Assembly (NCBI GenBank): GCA_028534125.1
Contig: CM052818.1
Location: 7,132,001-7,196,000 of the forward strand
DNA: 64,000 nucleotides
From: Lama glama
Taxonomy: Eukaryota
Direction: 5' to 3'
The translations under genes were made by a program, and so were the position numbers. A model generated the notes under the pieces. That model saw only the letters and a list, made by a program, of their open reading frames with translations. It was not told the origin of the DNA and did not search any database. This document shows positions 49,906 to 59,425 of this stretch, one piece after another (positions within the stretch are counted from its first letter, which is position 1; every line of letters begins with the position of its first letter).

Positions 49906-52827
49906 AACAGTTACCAACATTTTGTAAGAGTTGTTTCACCTACACAGAGGTTTTTTTTCTTCCCTAGAGTATTTTAAAGTACATTTCAGGCATTGTATCA
50001 TATTGAGTATGTTTTTGTTAAACTTCAGTTTAGAAACTGAAATTTTGCTCAATCTTTTACTTTAAGTGTGCAGTACTTTTAGCCAGAATTGTTAGGTAAA
50101 ATAAAAGAGTTGTTAGCATTCTCACTGTCTCACTTTGGAAGAAGGTGACTGGTGTCCCTAGCTTCCTCAGAGTTAGGTTTAAAACCTAAAATTCCCAGCT
50201 GGCTGAGGAACCAATAAGACAGGGTACTAGAAACATTTTCTACTACTTAACAGTTACATTCTAAAAAGGCTGTTTTTCTTTCCAGATGTTTATTAACAAG
50301 GCCGTAATTTATTCCAAAGAAATATTCAAACATTCTCTTCCAGAATTTGACTATTTTGCCTGCTAAATAGTTAGTTGTCAACATTTTAAAATGTTGCTTT
50401 CTTTTTCCAAGAGCAAAGATGATATTTGACAAACCAGCAGTTTCAGAAACTGTCTTCAATTTAATAGAAGCGTGTAAAAATCCTGAGAGGGAAAGCTAGA
50501 GCTTCTTAAAAATGTAGGCTTGAAGGAGACATCCCCAAACAGTAAAAGTTGTTTTTTAATTGACTTGGAGGTCGACTTCCTGGCCGAATTTCGGTTTGTC
50601 TCCAGGCGTTCAGGCGCTGTCAAGAAAGCAAGGAGGATTGTTCCCGGCAGAGCCTGATCCCGATAAACAGCCGTGCGCTGCCCCCTGCGCCCCCCGCGCC
50701 GCGCGCAGAGCTGAGGGGAGGCTCCGCCGCAAACAGTGGTGTCGGGTTACAGCCCCGGAGCCGCGCCGAGCGCGCTTAACTGGCTTGATCTAGTGACTGG
50801 CTTCATAATTACATTGCTGATTTGTTAGGGAAGGCTTTGTCTTACTTACCAATTAACATGGATGTTACTGCAGGGACCTCATCCTGGATGAGCTTGGGTT
50901 TAAAAAAAGAAAAGCTTCCCCGATCCGGCCAGCTTTAGGGTTCAGTTACAAACACTCGCCTGTCTTCGGGGAGCCCTCACCCACCCTGTCTGTAAACACG
51001 CAGAGGCTTTCTCCCCGTTGGAATTTTGCCTGCCTTCCTGCCATTCCCCGAGGCCACAGGCAGTCACTCTGGGGTCCACAGGCGGCCTTTGGGAGTGCTG
51101 ACCCCTTGACCCCTCCCAGAGGCTCACCACCCCAGTTTTGGGGATACTGCCACCACTCCTGCCCCAGCCCCAGCGCATTTAGGAAAGGGGTTAACAGCAT
51201 AGACGTTATCAGATTTCTAAGTCCTATATGTCTTTTAAGGTGTAATATTTTAACATTGGAGAAAGTTGTCTAAGCCAGCCTGGCTTGCCTTCCTGCCTGG
51301 AAGCTGCTGTGTGACCCTCCGACCGGAGAACCCATGGGTGGTGGGAGGGGTCCTGTTAGGAACGGAGGCTCTCCCTTTGGACCATCTCAGAAGGCAGGGG
51401 TACAGGGTGAGGAGAGATGTGAGAAGCGTGTGTTTCCGAAGGGTCTCACCAGCTTTTCGGGCCAGCCTCTCCTGATCTCAGAAGGCTGTCACACACTCCG
51501 TAATTTTGCCAGGGACACTCTAATCTTTCTTCTTCCACTGCCCCCAAAAGAAACTGAAAGAATATGTTTCCACTTAAAGGACTTTGGGTTTGGCTGCACT
51601 GGATGTCAGTGAGGAAACAGCCCTGCTAGCCTGTTTGAAGACACCCATCACACGTCTTGTCTTAGCTTCTTTTTTCCTCCAAACTGGGTAGATCCATAAG
51701 GAAAAACCGTCATTCTGAACTGTTGGCATTACTGTAGGTGCCTCGCTTTTATGATTTTTAGTGTCAGTGTGAGCACTTCTGGACTTTTCAGCAACCAGTG
51801 GTCACACAGGACGGCACAGTTGAGGAGATGAGGGACATGGCTTCTTAGAGCTCCCCACTGGATGAGGAGTCTTTTACTGGAGAGCTGTTAACTGGTGAAG
51901 CAGGCATACAGAAATGCTCACAGGTCCCCAGTGTGCAGGCCAGTGACTTAACCCAAAGCAGGCACCAAGGTCTTCAGCACTGAGGTGAGGAAGTAGGCCG
52001 TGACCAGCTCCCCAAGAGCCAAGGGCCTCACTCGTAACTACGCTTGCCCAGTGGCAGATGCCAGGGCTCAGCTCTGCCTTGTTAACTGACTGTGGAGACA
52101 ACCTGTCACTTCATCGTGAAGCCTGCTGCACTCCTGAGAGGAGGGAACACATGATTTCTGGTAGTCCAAAAGGAAATTGGAACAGGCTCTTGAATGTGGA
52201 CAGAGTACGCAGACCATCGGGCTTTGCATGTTTCAGAGCAGTGACTTCCGGAGTCCCCCAGCCACCGGCCTCTGTGTGCACGAGCCTCCTTCCACCTGGA
52301 CGGTGCTGAGCTGGGAGCCATTTCCACACCCTCCCCAGTGTTCAGGGCCTCCCACCTCCCCTCTTAGCTGCCTTTTTGATCCTGCGGTCAGTCACACCTT
52401 CCCCCATCATCTTCTCCCTTCAGAAATTGGGACTAATGACCTTCTTTTAAACACCTTTTGTGCCAATAGTCCCCTTGGACACTGTGTAGGATGAAATGGA
52501 GGGTTTTCCTTCTGTTTGGAATAATGACTGTTGTTTGGGATGAGTTGAGTTAAAACATGGTGTGCAGTCTTCCGTGTCTCTTTTTGATCCACACTGAGCC
52601 AGAAAGCCAGTTTGTGTTTGGGGCTGAGGCCGGAGGGCTCTTGGTTCTGGTCTGTCACTAGCCCCAGTGGTGATGCTGCCCGCAGGGGCCTGTCAGTCAG
52701 CCATCAGGCTCTGGGCCCCTAGGAAGCACTACTGGCCCCAGAGGGCTGCAAGTTAAAGCAATGGGTTTTGTTGTTGTTAGTGGGGATGGCAGAAGTGGTG
52801 ATTTGCAAAAGTAGATTTAATATTCTT

Positions 52828-52924
52828 TTTTCTTAAATGTATTATTATTTTTTTAATGGGAGTGCTGGGGATTGACCCCAGGACCTCGTGCATGCTAAGC
52901 ACTGAGCTATACCCACTCCCCCGT
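52828..52924 (-). mobile_element. Older tRNA-Ala SINE copy with a ~12-nt internal deletion
   Basis: CATGCTAAGC joined directly to ACTGAGCTAT; decayed TSD GATTTAATATTCTT/GACTTAACACTCTT (52814-52827, 52925-52938). Confidence 0.8.
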
Positions 52925-53476
52925 GACTTAACACTCTTATTTTAAAATAATAACATTTATTTTGACAGTTCAAATAACATTAAAGGAGAGTGATTTAAAA
53001 ACATCTTAAGGCATAGCTTTTAAATACTTGAAAAACATTGAGTATATGAAAACTTTTTTGATTGGTTTTTTTAATGTTTGCATTTATTCCCTTAATGCTT
53101 TCAAAATATAAAAACTGTGGAATGTTCCTTTTTAACACATAGGTACTATTTCCATTTCTCTTTGGACTTTGGCATAAGGCCTCACTGCCATTCACTCTGA
53201 GATCACACCAAGAAGAATCTGGGCCCCAGTGAGCCAGTGGGACCAGATGTATCAGTCTGAGAAGCTGAGTTTCATCATTAAAATTGAGCTGAAGACAACT
53301 TTATTCTGCATAGAATCTTTGTTTTTTAATGTCAGTTGCCAGCACAAAAACGCTATTTATTCCTTTTCTTCTTACTTGCTTAGGCACAAATAGGGAAGTC
53401 CTTCGAACTCAAGTTAAATTGAGTAAAGACATTCTCAGGTTTAAACATGAAATAGCCTGATGAGGGAAAAAGGAAG

Positions 53477-53655
53477 CCATGGTTCTCAAAGTGACCTTCC
53501 CAAACCAGTAAGACCTGGAAACTTGTTGGAAATGCAGGTTCTCAGGCCCCACAGCAGACCTACTGAATGGGAATCTGGGCTGGTGGAGGGCAGCGTTCTG
53601 TGTTAGCAAGCCCCCTCAGTGAGTCTGAGGCTTGCCCAAGTCCGAGAATGAAAGA
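53477..53655. mobile_element. MER5A-like hAT MITE
   Basis: GGTTCTCAAAGTG...CCTGGAAACTTGTTGGAAATGCAGGTTCTCAGGCCCCAC...AGACCTACTGAAT. Confidence 0.8.
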
Positions 53656-56019
53656 CTGAAAGAGACATTCACAGAGCTTTCTGACCAGAGCATCCCTGCC
53701 CCCTCTCTGTGCCCCAGGGCCTGCCCTGTACAGCTGTCCCCTCTGAGGTCCATTCAGCCCTCCCCTTTGGCATACCCTCCCTCTCGGGCCCAGTTCACAC
53801 CCAGGGCCAAAGACATACACCTCTGTCTTTGTTTTACAGTCCTCCGGCTGTCCCTCAAATCTTTTCTCATTCTTTCCATTGATTGTTTATTCAGCAATGA
53901 TTTCTGGAGCCTCTTCTATGCATCAGGGACTGGCTGTATTATCCTGAGGACACAGAGATGGACGAAACAGTCTGTGCTCTCATAGGGCTTCCTGTCTGGG
54001 GTGGGAGACCAGACATGAACAGACAGCCCTGCCTTAAATATAAACCTCAAATCCTGTCTCCAGGAGTCTCCGCTGATCACCCCAGTCTGTACCAGTTTCT
54101 CAGTCTCTCAGACTCCTTACTGTGGGAGTCATTCGGAATCTGAAATTGCAAACCCCCAGGTAGTCAGGTAATATCTTCTCCTGTTGCTCTGGTTCCTTCT
54201 CTTCTGAGGACTCTCCTAGTGACATATTTTGATCATCTGCCCAGGCAGATTGTAGCTTTTGAGGGCAGGGTCCTTCCTAATGAAAGCTGCACAGTTGAAA
54301 GCCAGGTTTGGTATTCAGAGAGTTTTATTCAGCATTAAACTTCCTGGAAGACTCCCGGCAGGGAAGTGTTCATTTATATTGCTCCCAGTGAGTTTTGTTC
54401 TCTGTTTTCAAAACTTGAGATTGCTACAGTCAATGCTTGCCAAAATTTATGTTTTAGAAAATCAGAATGCTAGGAGTTTGTTCCTAACAAGTTTATTGGA
54501 GAGGGAGGGTGTTTTATCTCAAACTTTATAGTAAGTAAGAACCAATGAATGTTCAATATGAGTGGCTGTGGTTGGTGTTAGACCCCTTTGGGTGGGCAGA
54601 AAAGGGAGGGAGCGCCTGTCTCACTCCTCCGTGTGGGGGTCTCTACCAGCCCTGAAGCTCAGGGTCCCTTTGGGGCCTTTGACTGAGAGATTAGGTAGGA
54701 GACGTGTGCTTTGGGCCTGGGTCTTCACAAGCCAGGGTGGAGGCAGAGAGGGGTGCTGAGCCTGAGGGTGGCCTGAGAACCAGACTTGTCACCAGCCCCT
54801 CCTTTCGGTGAACCAGGGGCTACCGTCCTGGTGTCTAGTTCCACAGCCGAGCGGCCTTTCGGGCAGTGACCGCAGACACCCCCTAACCTCCTGTTACCTC
54901 GAAGCCCCTAATGAAGTGCAGCCAAGTGAGTCGTTGTAAAAGGTCCCGGGCCTCTCCAAAGGCTTCAGGAGCTACTGCTGTTTGCTTAGAGGGCCCGAGG
55001 AGAAGGCTTTGGGCAGCCTTGCCCTCAGGTGCTTGAGAGGCTTGTCTTGGCATTGAGTTGTGTCTGTTCCAACAGGTGGTGTTCACATCGCACCTTGAGA
55101 GGCCTTGGCACCTCCTCCCACTTCCAGGAGCTGGAGGCCTGTGAGCGGGAAGACAGGACTCCACACCATGTTAAGCAAACTTTGAGGAAACTTAAAACTT
55201 TTTACAAATTTTAAATTAAAAAAATTTTTTTTTTAATTTTAAAGTTCTAAGTAAAAATACGGATTTGATTTTTACTATGTTGTCTTTCACTCCTTTCCAT
55301 AAAAACACAGAATTAGGATTACAAACCAGGATTGTGTGCATTTCGCAATCGCCCTGGGTGTGTAGAGCCCGTCTTGCCTCATAAAATGAAATAGAAAAAT
55401 GAAGGCAAACCTGCTTTGAGACACACTCTGTCGTGGGTCCTTACTGACACATTCGAGAAGCATCCAAGAGTCGATTCGTCTGCCTGTTCCTGCTCGCAGG
55501 TTTTGCTTCCACGGGCCCTCCTCCTTCCCCCTTCCAGACAGCATTACAGATGTCTTATCAGGCTTTCCCCAGATCATTAGGATTTATCACACAGCTGTGA
55601 CCAGTCATTCTAAGTGGAAATTAGGTGCTTCTCACATTGAAATCTCTGAAAAGTATCTCCACAGATCTCCCTCAGCTGTGGGAATTCTGCTACATGCCTG
55701 TAGTACCGAGTGCTTTTAAAATATTTAAATATGTAGAATATTTGAGTTCTGTGGGTTAGTGATTATTTCTAGAGAAATGTGAGTTATTGAGAAAGTCCTG
55801 TTTTTTCTGGCAACAAGTCTTTAAAAGACAGCTCTGTATGGATGACTAAAACTCTACATCATCTTTCCAAAGTGCGACTTCTCCAGAAAACCGGTAAAAA
55901 TTCAGAGTGGTGACAAGCTTACCAATTTAGTTTTGTTGTGGGGTTTTTTTTGTTTGTTTTCATTCCTGTTTTTTAAAACTAATTTGTTTTGAGGTGTGTA
56001 TTTGGTTTACGTTTTGGGA

Positions 56020-56300
56020 CAGTGCTCAAACTTTCTGTGAATGAAGGACCACGTTGTTTGCGTTTTCCTCCTTTATAGAGTAATATGTTAGTAAAACATG
56101 ATAAAAATAACTACTAGAAAATGAAATCAGAGTACAAAGATGTAAAAATAGAAGCCTCATTTTTAATTAGGTTTACAGAGATACATTTACTTCGTAAATC
56201 TGCTTAAGGTTTTCTAAACAATACAGTAGCTCTACTTCATCATGAACCAGTAATGTTCACAGACTGGCTCCATCCCTGGACCACACTTTGAGAAACAGTA
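56020..56300. mobile_element. hAT-Charlie MITE fragment
   Basis: Ends CAGTGCTCAAACTTT / GGACCACACTTTGAGAAACAG. Confidence 0.55.
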
Positions 56301-56310
56301 TTTTAGAGAA

Positions 56311-56331
56311 TGTGTGTGTGTGTGTGTGTGT
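56311..56331. repeat. (TG)n microsatellite
   Basis: Read directly. Confidence 0.9.
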
Positions 56332-58258
56332 ACATTTGTGTATCCTCGCACACATTTGGATGTATTGGGTACAGTCACATTATAACATAATATAGATCAT
56401 ATGACGCCTTTGTATGATAATTAAATGCATCCAGTGAGCTCTTTGGTAAAAACGGAGTTTTTCTGGATGTTACTTTTAAATGCTTAAATTGTAAGCAAGT
56501 ACAAATGATATAATTGTGAGTACAGTTATGTTTCAAAGCACAGTTGTCTAATAATACATCTAATGCATAAAGTAGAAAGTTTTGTTAACGTGAAATGAAA
56601 TCACCTCCTTTCTGATTCACACGCACCTGTAAATGGGATACAGATACTTTAGATAGGAAATGCTCTATGCAAAGTGTATATACAAATGGGACTTTTAGCA
56701 CTAAACAGTAGGAAATGTTCCTGTCATGTGAAGCATGAGATAAGTGAGTTGTTACCTTCCTTGCCTCAGAGAACAGTTAATTATGGGGACTGGTCTTCGG
56801 TCCTAGTGATTGACAGCCATTTTATTAATGTTTACAAAGTGAGGGAAAGCGTTTCATACAAGCAACTCTACACTCTATGAGTGCTAACACATTCTCAAGC
56901 TGCCTGGCCTTGGTGGCAGCTGTCTTGGTCCCTCTCTCCTAGAGACTGAGGCCCATGAAGGCAGTCACCCCAGGTGGGCCTTATGTGCCAGGCTCTGTCC
57001 ACCTGCACGTCTGTCCGCCTGGAGGGCAGCATGGCCTTCTTTCACACAGCCTTGGAAGGAGGTTCTGTGAAGTTTTATTAGGGTTAGCCTTACTCCTCTA
57101 GGATGAGACTGATAATTTCTAAATGATAACGGGGTGTGGGAAAAGATATCCAGCCCCTTGAAGACGAGGCTTTATTCGCCTGCCAGACTCCCTGCTGTCT
57201 GGCAGAAGGTCCCAAGACAGCGGAGATGAGGGATGAGTTAAAAGAATGAAAGAGGCAATTCAGTAAAAGGCAAATCGCCTTTAGAAGAAAAACTGGATAA
57301 CTACAAAGGACTTTATCGTATGTGAAGACACCCAAAAGAGTGAGTGGCCTTGAGGAGAGCATTCACCCATGTCTGGGTGAGCGTTGTAGAGGAGTGAGGG
57401 GGCAGGCAGGGGCCCGGCTTCCTTAGAACTGTGTCTCCTGGTCTGAGCGACGTAAGGACAGCTTTCTTGATGAAATGGTTAGAAAGTGAGGTCTGTGAGG
57501 CAAAGGCTGGTGGACTTGTGATTGCTCTGTTTAGGTGGGAGAAGTTCTGAGAGGAAGGACCAACTCTCCAGCTGCGGGTGTCTTCATTAAGGCCAGAGCA
57601 CACCAGGAGGCTGCCTAGGCTGTGTGTGTCCAGCGAGGTGGGCAGGCGTTCAGATTGCACCCATTCCCGAATGCTCAAGGTCTGAGATAGGAGGTCGTCG
57701 TCTCTTTGAAATCCAGATGTATCTCTGGAATCACAGTAGGTATTTTGTTATGAAATATCTCCAGTAACCAAACAGCAGTGCTTCTAATTAGAGCAGATTA
57801 TTTTGAAATTAGTCCTTTTGCACTCAGACATGGTTGTATGCAGTGAAATTGAGCCACAGAAAATCTTGGGCTGGGAAACCCACATTTCTCCACTTGATTC
57901 TAGACTGAATAGCAGTGGCAGCTCAATCACGGTGGTCGTTTAACACAGCCCAAGTGCTTCGCCACATGTCACCAAACAGGCAGAAAGTCTCTATGCATAA
58001 ATGAGGAAGGAAAGGGCATTTTGAAAGCTCAGGCAGTTCTGCCAAAATTGTCCATAATCCCCTTTCTCCAACTTGCTTCTTTGAATCCTTTCAGGTGTGT
58101 TCAAGCTGTAATCTATGACATCTTTATCTGTTTGAGTCATAGCACTGTGTCTTCTTGGGCTTTAAAAATAAATCTGTTTGGGGGAGGGAAGTTGAACCCG
58201 CATGGTAACATAGGCATGCAAACGCAAGCACAGACCAGCGGAGAAAGTCAAAATCCCG

Positions 58259-58272
58259 GTTTCCATGGTAAC
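58259..58272. promoter_or_regulatory. RFX X-box GTTTCCATGGTAAC (partial second box CATGGTAAC at 58201-58209)
   Basis: Near-palindromic match to the RFX consensus GTTNCCATGGNAAC. Confidence 0.55.
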
Positions 58273-58507
58273 GTTTAACTTGTCTGTGTCGTACACATTT
58301 CTCAAGAAATTCAGTCAACAGACTGCCCCGTGATAAAAATTGCTCCACCGGCATACAAAGGTGGATTTCCCAATGAATTCATCTGTTGTAACCAGCCCTG
58401 GGCAGGGAGCTCAAGTCCGGGCCCTGACCTCTAAATCAGCGTCTTTTTTACGGTGGAAAATCATTGTGGAATTGATTCCATCTCCTTCCTTTCTCCTTGG
58501 CAGATAT

Positions 58508-59425
58508 ATGTTGGGGAAAGGAGGAAAACGGAAGTTTGATGAGCATGAAGATGGGCTGGAAGGCAAAATCGTGTCTCCCTCCGACGGTCCGTCCAAGGTG
58601 TCTTACACCTTACAGCGCCAGACTATCTTCAACATTTCCCTTATGAAACTCTACAACCACAGGCCCCTCACCGAGCCCAGCTTGCAAAAGACCGTGCTCA
58701 TCAACAACATGTTGAGGCGGATCCAGGAGGAGCTGAAGCAGGAAGGCAGCCTGCGGCCCGGCTTCCCCGCCGCCTCCGCGCCCGCCGACCCGCTGGGCGC
58801 CGCCTACCGGGAGGCGCCGCCCGCGCTCGGCCAGCCCGCCGCCGCGCCGCCCTGCGAGCTCGCCAGCCCCGCGCCCCTGGAGGCCTGCCTCACCCCGGCC
58901 TCGCTGCTCGAGGACGACGACACTTTTTGCACTTCCCCGGCCGCGCCGCCCGCGGCCCCCGCCCGACTCGCACCTCCAGCCCTCCCGCCGGAAAAGGACA
59001 GCTTCTCCTCCGCCCTGGACGAGATCGAGGAGCTCTGTCCCACATCTACCTCCACGGAGGCCAAAGGGGCCTCGGGCGGGGCCGGCGCCGGCGCTCAGAG
59101 ACCCGAGGGGCCCCAGGACGGCCGAGCCGACGACCCGAAGCTGATGGACTCCCTGCCCGGCAACTTCGAGATCACCACGTCCACGGGCTTCCTGACGGAC
59201 TTGACCCTGGACGACATCCTGTTCGCCGACATCGACACGTCCATGTACGATTTTGACCCCTGCACGTCGGCGTCGGGGACGGCCTCAAAAATGGCCCCGG
59301 TGTCGGCCGACGACCTCCTCAAGACGCTGGCCCCCTACAGCAGCCAGCCCGTCGCCCCGAGCCAGCCTTTCAAGATGGACCTCACGGAGCTGGACCACAT
59401 CATGGAGGTGCTGGTCGGGTCCTGA
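58508..59425 (+). CDS. SERTAD2: SERTA domain-containing protein 2 (TRIP-Br2), 305 aa, single coding exon
   Basis: Translation MLGKGGKRKFDEHEDGLEGKIVSP...YTLQRQTIFNISLMKLYNHRPLTEPSLQKTVLINNMLRRIQEELKQE (SERTA domain)...DDILFADIDTSMYDFDPC...MDLTELDHIMEVLVGS* is recognisably SERTAD2. ATG 58508 lies 4 nt after a strong splice acceptor (pyrimidine tract + CAG 58501-58503). Confidence 0.97.
   Translation: MLGKGGKRKFDEHEDGLEGKIVSPSDGPSKVSYTLQRQTIFNISLMKLYNHRPLTEPSLQKTVLINNMLRRIQEELKQEGSLRPGFPAASAPADPLGAAYREAPPALGQPAAAPPCELASPAPLEACLTPASLLEDDDTFCTSPAAPPAAPARLAPPALPPEKDSFSSALDEIEELCPTSTSTEAKGASGGAGAGAQRPEGPQDGRADDPKLMDSLPGNFEITTSTGFLTDLTLDDILFADIDTSMYDFDPCTSASGTASKMAPVSADDLLKTLAPYSSQPVAPSQPFKMDLTELDHIMEVLVGS

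Larger units (their letters stand above)
41645..58503 (+). other. SERTAD2: SERTAD2 intron 1 (GT-AG, ~16.9 kb)
   Basis: Donor GTAAGT at 41645; acceptor TCTCCTTCCTTTCTCCTTGGCAG ending 58503; candidate branch TTGAT near 58472-58476. Confidence 0.8.

Noticed and set aside
55213..55239. AT-only inverted repeat (cruciform candidate)
   Set aside because: Low-complexity A/T runs, expected by chance.
58340..58507. 361-aa ORF as the SERTAD2 CDS
   Set aside because: It starts at TTG and its first 56 codons span the intron's branch point and pyrimidine tract. The recognisable protein starts at 58508. Kept only as a hypothetical isoform.
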